Shown here one piece after another: positions 1 through 10,284 of a stretch of 64,000 nucleotides of DNA; the first letter of the stretch is position 1; each line of letters opens with the position of its first letter. This stretch comes from an uncultured archaeon (lineage in GTDB: Archaea; Iainarchaeota; Iainarchaeia; Iainarchaeales; VGJJ01). Position numbers and translations under genes: made by a program. The notes under the pieces are model-generated. The model had not been told where the DNA came from and did no database searches. It saw nothing but the letters and a program-made list of their open reading frames with translations. The stretch covers positions 3,201 through 67,200 of the forward strand of contig CAYZNV010000003.1 of the NCBI GenBank assembly GCA_964480125.1, given 5' to 3'.

Positions 1-53
1 ATCCCACGTGCGTGTGAGCCTATCCCAAAACCGAACCCCAGGTGATCCCCTGA

Positions 54-962
54 ATGTCTAACCTTGTTTGTCCCGAGTGCGGAAGCACTAAAGTAAGAAA
101 GGACTCCGAAAAAGGAGAAGTTGTCTGCCAGCAGTGCGGCCTAATTGTTTCTGAAGATGAAATGGATTTTGGAAAGGAATGGAGAACCTTCGACGGAGAC
201 GGATTCGAAGATTCTGCTCGTACTGGTTCCCCCATGAAGTATGTCAAGTTGAATAAGGGACTTGTCACCATGATTGACCGCCGCGGATCTGACTCGCGCG
301 GAAACAAACTCTCAAGCAAATCCAAAGCCCAAATGTATCGCCTCATCAAGTGGCACAAAAGAGCGTCAATTTCCTCATCCATGCAGCGTAATTTGAGCAT
401 TGCATTGACGGAACTACGCCGCGTTGCATCCTACCTCAACATCCCCGAGCAGCTGGTGGAAGCAGCCGCATTGCTTTACCGAAAGACTGTAAAGAAAGGC
501 TTGATTCGCGGACGCTTAATCGAAGCCGTTGTTGCTGCAGTATTGTACACGGTCTGTAGAACCTACCAAGTTCCACGCACGCTCAACGAAATGGCCGAAG
601 CCAGTGGTTTGACCAAGAAAGAAATTGGCCGAACCTATCGCTTCCTCGTGAGAGAACTGAAGTTGGAAGTTCCACTGACCAACCCCATCCACTACATTCC
701 TCGCTTTGCTTCCGAGCTCAATTTGAGCGGAGAAGTCCAAGAAGAAGGAAGAAAGATCCTCGAGGATGCCATTGGAAAAGGACTCATCTCCGGAAGAGGC
801 CCTACGGGCGTTGCAGCCGCCGCTGTTTACATTGCGGGTTTGCTGAAAGGCGAGCGCCGAACGCAGAAAGAAGTGGCGAATGTGGCAGGAGTGACCGAAG
901 TTACGATCCGCAATCGCTACCGCGAATTGAAGAAACGCTTGGATATTGAAGTCAGCGCATAA
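54..962 (+). CDS. tfb: Transcription initiation factor IIB (TFB)
   Basis: N-terminal zinc ribbon CPECGS...CQQCG followed by two cyclin-like repeats typical of archaeal TFB; 302 aa. Confidence 0.9.
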   Translation: MSNLVCPECGSTKVRKDSEKGEVVCQQCGLIVSEDEMDFGKEWRTFDGDGFEDSARTGSPMKYVKLNKGLVTMIDRRGSDSRGNKLSSKSKAQMYRLIKWHKRASISSSMQRNLSIALTELRRVASYLNIPEQLVEAAALLYRKTVKKGLIRGRLIEAVVAAVLYTVCRTYQVPRTLNEMAEASGLTKKEIGRTYRFLVRELKLEVPLTNPIHYIPRFASELNLSGEVQEEGRKILEDAIGKGLISGRGPTGVAAAAVYIAGLLKGERRTQKEVANVAGVTEVTIRNRYRELKKRLDIEVSA

Positions 963-2218
963 TCAGCGCTTGCTTTTCTTCTTTTTATATTTTTTACTAC
1001 GCTCAATTATTTTTTTGCGTAATTCAATTAACTCTGGACGAACTTTTTCTTTTCGCGAGAATGGAATCGCATTAGCTCTTTTAATGATTTGTTGTAAATG
1101 ATTTGCAGATATCTTTCCTTCGTTATGAAGTCGTTGAGCTTCACTTATGTATTCATCCTTCGTTGTTCTGCGTTCAGCCATTTTATTATAGGCACTCTCT
1201 CTAAAATTGCCAGTGAATAGAGAATTGCCATCAAATGGTTCTTTTCCTAGTTGTCTGAAAATACTTTCTTTTACGGGTGGAAACCAACCTTTTTTATCTG
1301 GCATCCTTTGTGCATTTTGCAATCGCGGATTAGGTTCTAGCCGCAGCATCCTGGATTGATATAATGCATTAATTGCATCAGTGGTTTGAAGATGTCTTTT
1401 CTCCAGTTCACGCTTTTCATTCTGCATTCGGGTTTTAATTCTTTCAGTTAATTCAGATCTCTTTCTTTCAAGCTGCTTAGGCGTTAATCGTTTTGCAGGC
1501 ACACACAGAGAATTCAATGTAGCTATAAATACTTTCCGGTTAACAGAATTACAATAATTTGTCTCGCCAACCAAAAGAGTTCCAACGCAAGGAGGACTTG
1601 AATTCTTATTTTTTCTTTTCAATATTTTCCTTCTAATATTTTTTTTGTGTCTAATCGAAAGTGGCGTGGTAATAATGGAATGTTCCAATTAGTACCCACT
1701 AGCGCGCCGGTTTTATCTACGTAGATATACTTCCACTGCTTCAAGAAAGTAGCTATCTCCCCATATTCCGCTGCGCCTCGGTGCAATACACGTGCAAGTT
1801 TATGATGCGCATGGATAATCTTGCTCTTGTAAGCCTGTGCGTTCTTCAACCAATACGCAGAACCAATAAGCGCAGCAAAGCCAGCCATGATGGTAAGCCC
1901 CTCGCGTAAGGATGAATTTCTCAGGAGCTGCCCTCCCAATATCAACCCGAACGCCCACTTGGGACTCATTTTCCATTCACGCATAATAGCTTTCTTGCGT
2001 TTCAAGCGCAATCGCGACAGCCGCTTGACGGCATTCAATGTACTCGCTTCATTTTGTTCAAATTCTCCTAGCGGGGTCGCGATGGTAGAAGTATATACTT
2101 TCAAAATTGCCGCACGCTTGGGCATCTTTGAAGGCTTATTCCCAATTTGAAAAAAACCCCATTTCCATCTTCTTCGTTTGAGGGGATTTCTTCCATTAGG
2201 AAAAGAGATGAAGAACAT
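963..2218 (-). pseudogene. Possible single gene split by a frameshift at an A8/T8 homopolymer (ORFs 1619..2218 and 963..1688)
   Basis: Two minus-strand ORFs overlap by 70 nt in different frames. The downstream ORF has no ATG near its N-terminus (TTG start). A T8 run at 1639-1646 lies in the overlap. The product would be a membrane N-terminus with a K/R-rich C-terminus. Confidence 0.3.
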
Positions 2219-2273
2219 AGATGAAAAACTATCAGGAAGTATATAATTACAATTACTGATGCAAAATGACCAT

Positions 2274-4004
2274 TTACAACCATTCCTTTCCCACGTGATG
2301 GGTTTCGCGTTCTTCTAATAGGCGTTCTTTCAGCCTCACCATGTCCACGGGACGCATGGGCTTGCCTTTCTCGAGGAAATGCTCCACATTCTCAGTAAAG
2401 ACGTGCCCTCCAATGATTTCACTCAACACCACATAGTCTGCCCCCGCTTTGTAGAGGTCCCAGGCATCCTCGTAATAGCTGGCCTTCACAAAAACAGGCA
2501 CTTTGGGATAGTTGCGCTTGAGATAATTCAACACAAACTTTGCCTCTTCTTCATCGGGCATCGTGCACACCACTAGGCGCGCTTTCTCCACGTGCAAGTG
2601 ATCCAATATCTCCGTATTATGCGCATTCCCAAATACCCCCATCATCCCTTTCTTGCGGAAGAACTCCACTACATTGGGATCGTGATCCACTACTACAATA
2701 GGAAACTCGCGCGAAAGATTCATCGCCATGTGCTTACCCGTCCTTCCTCCCCCAAGAATGATAATGTGATGATGCAATCTTTTTTCCGAGACATGCTGCA
2801 ATGCTTTCATCTTGCGAGAAAATAACTCATAGTTGGAAAAGAACTTCAACTTTGATGCGCGCTTCAAATCCTCCACCAGGCGCGGACCGTGCTCCATGAT
2901 GTATGGGGTCACGGCCATCGAAAAAGCAGCCAAGAGAATCGTAAACGAATACTCGGCCTGTGGGATTACAGCCGAATTCTTTCCCTGCACCAACAGAATC
3001 AAAGAAAACTCGGACATCTGCAATAAACCAAATGCCACTTTTGAAGCAGTCTGCGTTCCATATCCCGCCACTTGTGTAATCACATAGAATACAAGAGGCT
3101 TGAGAATGAACAACAACGCAACAATGGAAACCGCATACGAAAGAGGAACCGCTCCCACATTGAAATCAAGCTGGGTCCCGAGTGCAACAAAGAATAACAT
3201 CACAAAGAAATCACGCAGCCCACGCATCGAGCTGGCGGCTTCCACGTTGTAAGGGAGACGCGCAATGGCCAATCCCCCCAAGAAAGCCCCAATCGCCAGG
3301 GAGAGCTGTAAGAAATACGCCAATCCAATAAAGGCAAAGCACGTCGCAAGCGCGGTGAGGTATAACAACTCACTACTATGCGCCGCACTCGCATACAAGC
3401 GAGGAAAGGCCATTTTAGAGAGAAGCACGAGCGCACCAATCAACACAATTCCCTTCAGCGCAAGCAACTCAAAATAACCAATATTCAATGAGCTCACGTC
3501 CGCGGCGAGCAGGGGCAGCGCCAGGATGACAGCCAAATCTTGCACCAACAAAAAACCCAAAATCAATTGCCCGTGCAGAGAAGAAAGCATTTTCTTGTCT
3601 TGGAGCAATTTCACCACGAGCATGGTAGAAGAAAGCGCCACCGCAAGACCCACATACATACCCGCTTGTAATCCAAGCGAAGGAAGGACAAATAACACAA
3701 TCAAAATCGTCAACAAAATCTGAGCAAAACCTCCAATCAAGAGCGTTGGACCAGATTTCAAAAACTTCAATAAATCGGTTTCTGCTCCCACCGTAAAAAG
3801 GAGAAAAATAATTCCTAGTTCAGAAACAAGCGCAATTTCTTCTGGGGAATTAATGAGCTTCAACCCAGCCGGGCCCACAATAATCCCCGCGAGCAAATAA
3901 CCCAAGAGCGCGGGTTGCTTGAACCAGCGCGCGATGAATAGCGAAAAGGCCGCCGCCACAATCATGAAGCCCAACGTCAACAAAATAGAGAGTTCGGCCG
4001 CCAT
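2274..4004 (-). CDS. CPA2-family monovalent cation:proton antiporter with C-terminal TrkA-N (RCK) domain (KefB-like)
   Basis: About 12 TM helices followed by a Rossmann domain (IIILGGGRTGKHMA); 576 aa. Confidence 0.8.
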   Translation of the reverse strand: MAAELSILLTLGFMIVAAAFSLFIARWFKQPALLGYLLAGIIVGPAGLKLINSPEEIALVSELGIIFLLFTVGAETDLLKFLKSGPTLLIGGFAQILLTILIVLFVLPSLGLQAGMYVGLAVALSSTMLVVKLLQDKKMLSSLHGQLILGFLLVQDLAVILALPLLAADVSSLNIGYFELLALKGIVLIGALVLLSKMAFPRLYASAAHSSELLYLTALATCFAFIGLAYFLQLSLAIGAFLGGLAIARLPYNVEAASSMRGLRDFFVMLFFVALGTQLDFNVGAVPLSYAVSIVALLFILKPLVFYVITQVAGYGTQTASKVAFGLLQMSEFSLILLVQGKNSAVIPQAEYSFTILLAAFSMAVTPYIMEHGPRLVEDLKRASKLKFFSNYELFSRKMKALQHVSEKRLHHHIIILGGGRTGKHMAMNLSREFPIVVVDHDPNVVEFFRKKGMMGVFGNAHNTEILDHLHVEKARLVVCTMPDEEEAKFVLNYLKRNYPKVPVFVKASYYEDAWDLYKAGADYVVLSEIIGGHVFTENVEHFLEKGKPMRPVDMVRLKERLLEERETHHVGKEWL

Positions 4005-4057
4005 GAGAGAAAGAAAAAAGTTGAGATTATAAATGAAAAGGAATTATGTTGCAGTCG

Positions 4058-5488
4058 TTACTTTTTCTCCTTCAACTCAAATCCTTCTTTGGTATCCAGG
4101 ATCGTAAAACCTTCTTTCTCTATTTGCGCGCGCAATGCATCGCTTTGCGCCCAATCCTTTTTGGCGCGGGCTTCTTCGCGCTGCTGCGCGAGCTGCAATA
4201 CATGCGCAGGGACAATGGCATCGTCTTGCGAAAAATCAAATACTCCCAATATTTCATCCACTTCTTTCAGGAATTCCAAAATCTTACGCGTGTCGGCTTT
4301 GCTTAATTTTTGTTGGTCCATGAGGCCATTCACGCGACGCTGGAACATGGAGAGTTCCCCTAGCGCTTCTGCGGTATTGATGTCGTCATCGAACGCGGCG
4401 TTGACCTTTTCATTCGTCTGCTCAACGAGACCATTGATTTCGTTATTGGAATGTGACCCGGAGTATTTCTGCAGGCGTTGAATGAAGTCATTCCACTTTT
4501 CGAGCGTGGTCTGTGCGGCACGGATGCTTTCCCATGTGAAATTGAGCTCGGAACGATAGTGCGTCGTCAGCAAAAGAAAGCGATACGCCAATGGTTTGAG
4601 GTGGTGATTTTCAATATCCCGGACGAGAAAGACATTCTTCAGGGACTTGGACATCTTCTGATTGTCCACGCGCATGAATGCGGAGTGCAACCAATAGTCC
4701 GCAAACTTCTTTCCCGTTGCTGCCTCGCTTTGCGCGATCTCGTTGGGATGATGAATGTTGATGTGATCATTTCCCCCCGTATGAATGTCAAAGTGCTCCC
4801 CCAAGTATTTCATGCTCATCGCCGAACACTCAATGTGCCAGCCCGGATATCCTCTTCCCCAGGGAGAATCCCATTGCTGCAAGTGATGGGGCTGATTTAA
4901 TTGCCATAAACGAAAATCTGCCGGATGCTTTTTGGCATCATCGCGCTCGACATTTTGTCGCACGGCCTTGAGTTCATCCATATTTAGGTTGGCCATCTTT
5001 CCATAGCTTGGGAATTTCTGTGTATCGAAATACACGCCAGAAGGAGTAGTGTAGGTATACCCTTTTTTTTCGAGTTTTTGGATAAGCACAATCATTTCCT
5101 GCACATGCTGGCGCGCCCGCACGAGATGATGGGGTAATTGGATGCGTAGCTTTTCGAGATCATACACAAACGCATCCGTGTAGAAATCCGCAATCTCATC
5201 GGGGCTTTTTTTCTGCTCGCGCGCGGCTTTTTCTATTTTATCCTCTCCCGAGTCATCATCGCTCACGAGGTGCCCTACATCCGTGATGTTCATGACGTGC
5301 GTGAGCTTGTATTTTCTTTTTTCGAGAAGGCGACGCAATACATCCCATGCCACGTACGGGCGCAGATTCCCGATGTGTGCGAAATAATATACGGTGGGAC
5401 CGCAGCAATACATCCCCACTTTCTGCCCGGGCTCTTTATGGAAGAGTTCCTTGGAGCGGGAAAGCGTGTTGTATAATTGGATGACCAT
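4058..5488 (-). CDS. cysS: Cysteine--tRNA ligase
   Basis: MYCCGPTVY...HIGN (HIGH) and KMSKSLKN (KMSKS) motifs; 476 aa; N-terminus aligns to E. coli CysRS. Confidence 0.9.
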   Translation of the reverse strand: MVIQLYNTLSRSKELFHKEPGQKVGMYCCGPTVYYFAHIGNLRPYVAWDVLRRLLEKRKYKLTHVMNITDVGHLVSDDDSGEDKIEKAAREQKKSPDEIADFYTDAFVYDLEKLRIQLPHHLVRARQHVQEMIVLIQKLEKKGYTYTTPSGVYFDTQKFPSYGKMANLNMDELKAVRQNVERDDAKKHPADFRLWQLNQPHHLQQWDSPWGRGYPGWHIECSAMSMKYLGEHFDIHTGGNDHINIHHPNEIAQSEAATGKKFADYWLHSAFMRVDNQKMSKSLKNVFLVRDIENHHLKPLAYRFLLLTTHYRSELNFTWESIRAAQTTLEKWNDFIQRLQKYSGSHSNNEINGLVEQTNEKVNAAFDDDINTAEALGELSMFQRRVNGLMDQQKLSKADTRKILEFLKEVDEILGVFDFSQDDAIVPAHVLQLAQQREEARAKKDWAQSDALRAQIEKEGFTILDTKEGFELKEKK

Positions 5489-5544
5489 ATACCCCTCAAC
5501 TGGGGCGAAAAAGCAATTAAAGGAATGCGCGTTTTAGCTGAAAA

Positions 5545-6207
5545 TTATGCCCCTACGAGCGAAGCAAAGAAGCCCGTGAGCGAGCTGACGATGAAGGAAT
5601 AGAGGAGCATGACAACAATGCTCCAGAACACGCTGGCCTTGAGATAGGTGCTAATGGAGAGGTAGAGCGCATAAATGGAATACAAAACCAGCACCACAAA
5701 AAGCAAAAAGAAAATCAGCGTGATGAGAATGGTAACATCCGATATGTTCGAAAGAAATTCATTCATGACCAATTCAAATTCCTGCGGACCAATTGTTCCA
5801 TTCTCTAACTCTTGAAAGCTTGCCGGGAGTTGGGGCGCAAGAACGAATGGAAAAATAAACCCAATCAATACCAGCATCAAAAAAGAATAGAAACTCAAAC
5901 TTGCGAGCATGGAAAGAGCTTGCACGAACGTGTGAGAATTGGGTTGGATGCGCTTGAAAATCATCCCAAGGACAAATAACAAAACAGCCCCGCTCACGAG
6001 GCGAACCACATCCCCTAAGAGATTTACGAGCAAGGACTGCACGTCCAGTTGTCCTACTAATACGATCATCATCAGCGTCGCGAAGAGAGTGGCGAGAATG
6101 GCCAACCCAAACGCACGAACGGCCGAAGGCTGCTCAAACGCATGAAAAATGGCCTGCTTGGGCCGGAAGAGCAAATCCGAATAATAGGACATACCGCTCA
6201 AACTCAA
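5545..6207 (-). CDS. Yip1-domain-like polytopic membrane protein
   Basis: 220 aa with about 5 hydrophobic helices; family assignment by overall topology only. Confidence 0.35.
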   Translation of the reverse strand: MSLSGMSYYSDLLFRPKQAIFHAFEQPSAVRAFGLAILATLFATLMMIVLVGQLDVQSLLVNLLGDVVRLVSGAVLLFVLGMIFKRIQPNSHTFVQALSMLASLSFYSFLMLVLIGFIFPFVLAPQLPASFQELENGTIGPQEFELVMNEFLSNISDVTILITLIFFLLFVVLVLYSIYALYLSISTYLKASVFWSIVVMLLYSFIVSSLTGFFASLVGA

Positions 6208-6260
6208 AATTGGAGACTATATAAACGGGTGCCCGTGCCCAGCCTTCATAGGCACCCAAG

Positions 6261-7409
6261 CTAGCGCGTGACCTTGAGGGCTTCAAATTCTTCTTTCAAT
6301 TTTAGGATTTTGGGATGCTCTAAGTGCTTGCGCGCGGGAGCGAGGATATCCGCAAGCGTTTGTCCTACGCCTGCTTTCAAATCCATGGGATGCAATTTCC
6401 CATGCGCAAAATCGGCTTCGAGTTCCTTGTAATTGGAATAGGAAACGTTTCCCCCGAACTTTTCCGGGCGAGAAATTTGAATTTCTTTGGTGAAAGGAAA
6501 CACTAAGTGCTGCGCCCAATCCAGCACCGGATTATATCCAATTTCTTTTTCCATGCAAAACGCATGGTTGATTTTTTTCTTCACTTCGGTTTCAGAATCA
6601 CCCAAAAACACCGCGCTCCCTGCGACGGACTTTGACATCTTCATCGCAGCACGCACCTCGCTTAAATTTTCTTGGGGAATCGGCCACACTGGGGGCTTTT
6701 GCAATCCAGAGACTAAGTGATGATGCACCGCAATGGGCGTAATGGCTTTACCCTGGTGCTTAATCCCATGGTATTGCAACTTTTCCGCGACTTCTCTCGC
6801 AACTACATGCGCCTTACGTTGGTCCATTCCCGCGTGTGCAATAGTGAGTTGCTGGAAATAAATGTCCGCAACTTGCATCGCAGGATACAACAACTTGGCA
6901 AAATCCAAACTCTCGCCTTCTTTCCTTCCAAGAATAGTAATCGAACGCTGCATGCGCGCAAGCGTAGTATGCTTCGCCACATCCACGACGGTTTCCCAAT
7001 ACCCATCTTGCTGGTGGTATAACTCGCTCCCCAGCACAAAGCGGATTTTTTCCTCATCCACTCCCACTACTTTTGCGGCCGCCGAAAAACATTCTTTGAA
7101 ATAACCCTTTCCCACGCGCTGAATGGCCTGCTTGTCCCCGCCAAGTTTGTCATTGATCCACGCATGCCAGTCCGCCAAAAAAATAGAACAATCCGCTCCA
7201 GCTTCCATGAAATGCTTCATGTGATAGAGGGACTTGATGGCTGCGCCAATGTGGGGCGTGCCCGAAATCTCAAACCCAATGTAATGTTTTAATGGAACGC
7301 CGGTTTCAATGGCATGCTTCAATGAGTCAGAGGTGAGAATCTCCTCAAGCCCCGTGGAAAAATGCTCCATGCGCGAATGTGTGTCCATAGGCATCATGTA
7401 GAAAAGCAA
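6261..7409 (-). CDS. tyrS: Tyrosine--tRNA ligase, archaeal type
   Basis: YIGFEISGTPHIGA (HIGH), YPAMQVADI and KMSKS motifs; C-terminus RPEKFGGNVSYSNYKELE...LHPMDLK matches M. jannaschii TyrRS. The true start may be the internal Met at about 7370. Confidence 0.85.
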   Translation of the reverse strand: MLFYMMPMDTHSRMEHFSTGLEEILTSDSLKHAIETGVPLKHYIGFEISGTPHIGAAIKSLYHMKHFMEAGADCSIFLADWHAWINDKLGGDKQAIQRVGKGYFKECFSAAAKVVGVDEEKIRFVLGSELYHQQDGYWETVVDVAKHTTLARMQRSITILGRKEGESLDFAKLLYPAMQVADIYFQQLTIAHAGMDQRKAHVVAREVAEKLQYHGIKHQGKAITPIAVHHHLVSGLQKPPVWPIPQENLSEVRAAMKMSKSVAGSAVFLGDSETEVKKKINHAFCMEKEIGYNPVLDWAQHLVFPFTKEIQISRPEKFGGNVSYSNYKELEADFAHGKLHPMDLKAGVGQTLADILAPARKHLEHPKILKLKEEFEALKVTR

Positions 7410-7472
7410 AGATAAAAAGAGAAGGGTGCAAGCACGCCTGCCACCCTGAAGAGAAAATGAAAGGGAAAACGA

Positions 7473-7658
7473 CTAGAAGTCGTCTCCGCCATCGCCATCG
7501 GAATCATCCGAAAAATCATCATCTCCGTCTTCGCCTTCTTCATCTTCAAAGTCAAATTCTTCATCGTCCGAGTCGCCTTCTTCGAAGTCGCCGCCGTCTC
7601 CGTCATCGCCGTCAATCGTAAAGCGTTCCAGGTAGTCAATTGCTTGCATATAATCCAC
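7473..7658 (-). CDS. Small highly acidic (D/E-rich) protein
   Basis: 61-aa ORF with GTG start or internal ATG; more than half of residues are D/E; TATA-like TTTATAAA about 40 nt upstream on the minus strand. Confidence 0.3.
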   Translation of the reverse strand: MDYMQAIDYLERFTIDGDDGDGGDFEEGDSDDEEFDFEDEEGEDGDDDFSDDSDGDGGDDF

Positions 7659-7695
7659 ACTCCTGCGGAAAAAGTATTACTCTTAGTCCCCCAAC

Positions 7696-7707
7696 CATTT
7701 ATAAAGA
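7696..7707 (-). promoter_or_regulatory. TATA-like box upstream of the acidic small ORF
   Basis: The minus strand reads CTTTATAAATGG about 40 nt upstream of the ORF start. Confidence 0.3.
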
Positions 7708-7757
7708 TTCTATCGAGGGGGGCAAAATACATCCCAAAGAAAAAGGATTAATGTAGC

Positions 7758-7809
7758 AGGCCAGTTTCGGCTGGCCACAGCGAGAACAGGTGACCGCTTC
7801 GCGGCACCT
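7758..7809 (+). repeat. Hairpin-pair intergenic element, copy A
   Basis: GGCCAGTTTCGGCTGGCC hairpin, ACAGCGAGAA spacer, CAGGTGACCGC-TTC-GCGGCACCTG hairpin. Confidence 0.75.
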
Positions 7810-7815
7810 GATTGT

Positions 7816-7865
7816 ACCAATTTCTGGCTGGCCACAGCGAGAAAGGGTATCGCTAGCGCGACACC
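7816..7865 (+). repeat. Hairpin-pair intergenic element, copy B (tandem to A; first hairpin has a degenerate 5' arm)
   Basis: ..TTTCTGGCTGGCC, ACAGCGAGAA, AGGGTATCGC-TAG-CGCGACACCC. Confidence 0.65.
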
Positions 7866-7886
7866 CAATATGATTGTTTTTTACTC

Positions 7887-8213
7887 CTACAAAATGTGTA
7901 ATGTGCCGAATTTACCCGTGCTAAGCTGTAATTGCCCTTTATACTCGGAAACCCAGCCGTTTTCAATGCGGATTTTTGTGCCTTCATTGACTTGGTCAAT
8001 CTGTTCATTCCAGAGAGACACTTGGACTTCGCCCGTTTCGTCTTTTCCCGCAACATTGCATACTTTTCCCTGCCCCTTGGCGGAAGCAAATTCGCGAGGT
8101 TCACCCTTGGAAACCACCTCAAGCTCAATAAAGACATTCCCCATGCGAGGTTTCAATTGTTTGACTTTCATTAATTCGGCCATACTAACCAACTCCATCC
8201 TGAAAAGCGGCAA
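7887..8213 (-). CDS. OB-fold nucleic-acid-binding protein (SSB/RPA-like)
   Basis: 108 aa with a single OB-fold-like pattern (VSKGEPREFASAKGQGKVCNVAGKDETGEVQVSLWNEQ). Confidence 0.5.
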   Translation of the reverse strand: MPLFRMELVSMAELMKVKQLKPRMGNVFIELEVVSKGEPREFASAKGQGKVCNVAGKDETGEVQVSLWNEQIDQVNEGTKIRIENGWVSEYKGQLQLSTGKFGTLHIL

Positions 8214-8299
8214 ACCTAGGTCTACACACCCTACGTTAGCAGTATTTCCTCTCCCCTCATTAAAAAAACCAATCTGTAATTTTGCACAAGAACGACCGG

Positions 8300-8307
8300 T
8301 TTTAAAG
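8300..8307 (+). promoter_or_regulatory. TATA-like box (TTTTAAAG) for the peroxiredoxin gene
   Basis: About 52 nt upstream of the ATG at 8359. Confidence 0.35.
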
Positions 8308-8345
8308 CAAAATGTCTCTTTGTTGGAGCGTATTATCCCATTCTA

Positions 8346-8350
8346 GGAGG
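8346..8350 (+). promoter_or_regulatory. Shine-Dalgarno GGAGG
   Basis: 8 nt upstream of the ATG at 8359. Confidence 0.5.
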
Positions 8351-8358
8351 AACATTAC

Positions 8359-8886
8359 ATGACATTAGTTGGACAAAAAGCCCCCGAATTCAATAGCATG
8401 GCCTATCACGATGGAAAATTCAAAAAAGTGAGCCTGAAAGACTACAAAGGAAAGTGGGTCGTGTTATTCTTCTATCCACTAGACTTCACGTTCGTCTGCC
8501 CCACCGAAATAAAGGGATTCGCCCGCAGCGAAGGAGAATTCAAGAAACTCAACGCAGCCATTGTGGGCGCGAGCACGGACTCGGAACACTCCCACAAAGC
8601 ATGGATCGAACGCGATATGCCTGAAATTAAATTCCCCATTCTCGCGGACACCAATCACCACGTCGCACGCTCTTTTGGAGTATTGAAAGAAGACCAAGGA
8701 ATCGCGTACCGAGGAACATTCATCATCGACCCCGAAGGATTCATCCGCTTCGAAACAGTAACAGACTTGGACGTGGGACGCAGCGTCAAAGAAACACTAC
8801 GCGTATTACAAGCATTCCAAACCGGAGGACTATGCGAAGTCGACTGGGCACCCGGCATGGAAAATTTGAATAAGAAGAAAAAGTAA
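8359..8886 (+). CDS. Peroxiredoxin (2-Cys Prx / AhpC-TSA family)
   Basis: FYPLDFTFVCPTEI peroxidatic-Cys motif; 175 aa. Confidence 0.9.
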   Translation: MTLVGQKAPEFNSMAYHDGKFKKVSLKDYKGKWVVLFFYPLDFTFVCPTEIKGFARSEGEFKKLNAAIVGASTDSEHSHKAWIERDMPEIKFPILADTNHHVARSFGVLKEDQGIAYRGTFIIDPEGFIRFETVTDLDVGRSVKETLRVLQAFQTGGLCEVDWAPGMENLNKKKK

Positions 8887-8887
8887 T

Positions 8888-8940
8888 TGTCCAGTTTCGA
8901 TTGGACCAACCGAGCACAGGTGACCGCTATCGCGGCACCT
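8888..8940 (+). repeat. Hairpin-pair intergenic element, copy C
   Basis: Starts 2 nt after the prx stop: GTCCAGTTTCGATTGGAC (compensatory changes relative to copy A), CAACCGAGCA, CAGGTGACCGC-TAT-CGCGGCACCTG; followed by a T-tract. Confidence 0.75.
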
Positions 8941-8962
8941 GATTTTTTCTATTTATCATTTT
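8941..8962 (+). terminator. Oligo-T tract (archaeal-style termination signal) after prx and element C
   Basis: ATTTTTTCTATTTATCATTTTT. Confidence 0.4.
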
Positions 8963-9405
8963 TCTCTCCCATACTTATCCTCAAAGCGCACAATATCATT
9001 CTCATCAAATTCCCCAAATGCAATCTCCAATACGCGCGCATGCTTAGAAGCGCTTAGTCTATGTTTGGTTTCGCGTGGCACGAACAATGTTTCCCCCACT
9101 TTGAGGAAATGCTTTTCTCCCGCGGCCTCGGCAATAATGCCTTCATCCAATGCAATCCATAACTCATCTCTGTGATGATGCAATTGCAAACTCAAAATTT
9201 CCCCGCTCTTAATCGCAATAATCTTCACGGTCGAAAGCTGATTGTGCGTGTACTGAGTAAAACTTCCCCAGGGACGCGACTCGAAATAGATTCTGGAAAT
9301 GGGATTAACCGCGGAATTCTGCACCAAAACATCACCAATCCCCATCCGTGCCCGAAAGGATAAATAATTTCTGGTGGATTGCTCGATGCATCCAAAAAAA
9401 TCCAT
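8956..9405 (-). CDS. Cupin-domain protein (type II phosphomannose isomerase-like)
   Basis: 149 aa; conserved cupin motifs ...HHHRDELWIALDEG...GETLFVPRETKHRL. Confidence 0.5.
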   Translation of the reverse strand: MDFFGCIEQSTRNYLSFRARMGIGDVLVQNSAVNPISRIYFESRPWGSFTQYTHNQLSTVKIIAIKSGEILSLQLHHHRDELWIALDEGIIAEAAGEKHFLKVGETLFVPRETKHRLSASKHARVLEIAFGEFDENDIVRFEDKYGREK

Positions 9406-9435
9406 TTTTAAAGCCGACCCAATTCCTTTCGACGT

Positions 9436-10284
9436 ATGCTCGCATTCATCCTGCGCCCATTCGTCTCACGCTTCATTGCGGGAGAGAATATGGAAGAGGC
9501 ATTCCGCTATGCCAAGACCCTGCACGCCAGGAAGGTAACGCCTATCTTCGATGCACTTGGGGAGCACGCCCAAAAGAAAGCCGAAATCGTACGCGTAATG
9601 GGACAATACCTGGAATTGCTCGAGAAAATGAGCACGGGAAACGTGAAAGGAGCCATTGCGGTCAAGCTCACTGCGCTCGGAATGGACATTGATCCGCTCT
9701 TATGTTATCGCGCGACTCTGCGCATTGTGCAGCGAGCAGAGGATATGAATTGTATTGTGTGGTTGGACATGGAGAATTCCCCCTACACCACGCGCACACT
9801 ATCCATGTACAACAAACTACGCCAACAGCACGCGAATGTGGGAATATGCATCCAAGCATGCCTGAAGCGATCCAAGAAAGACGTGCTCGCACTATTATTG
9901 GATTCTCCCCGCATTCGATTGGTAAAAGGAGCGTATGGGGAATCAAAAGAAATCGCATTCCAATCCCATGAAGAAATTAGGAAAAACTACAAAGCGCTCG
10001 CACACTTGTGCGCAGAAAAACATGCTCCACTTGCCATTGCCACTCACGATCCCGTGCTATTGCGCCATGCCATGGAATTACGCGTGCCCAAAAATATGAT
10101 TGAATTCCAATTATTGAAAGGCGTGCGTGGAGACGAAGAAAGAATGCTCGTGGAAAATGGATTCAGCGTGAAAGAATATTGTGCCTTTGGGACGGAGTGG
10201 CAGCCCTATGTCATACGGCGCATCCAAGAATATTTGAGAAATATAAAATGGTTTTTACACGACCTTTTTGGCTCGAGTGGGTAA
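9436..10284 (+). CDS. Proline dehydrogenase family protein
   Basis: 282 aa with PutA PRODH-domain pattern (WLDMENS...IRLVKGAY...). Confidence 0.65.
   Translation: MLAFILRPFVSRFIAGENMEEAFRYAKTLHARKVTPIFDALGEHAQKKAEIVRVMGQYLELLEKMSTGNVKGAIAVKLTALGMDIDPLLCYRATLRIVQRAEDMNCIVWLDMENSPYTTRTLSMYNKLRQQHANVGICIQACLKRSKKDVLALLLDSPRIRLVKGAYGESKEIAFQSHEEIRKNYKALAHLCAEKHAPLAIATHDPVLLRHAMELRVPKNMIEFQLLKGVRGDEERMLVENGFSVKEYCAFGTEWQPYVIRRIQEYLRNIKWFLHDLFGSSG

Noticed and set aside
20-400. 126-aa minus-strand ORF
   Set aside because: Lies entirely antisense within the well-supported TFB gene; no motif. It is a typical shadow ORF.
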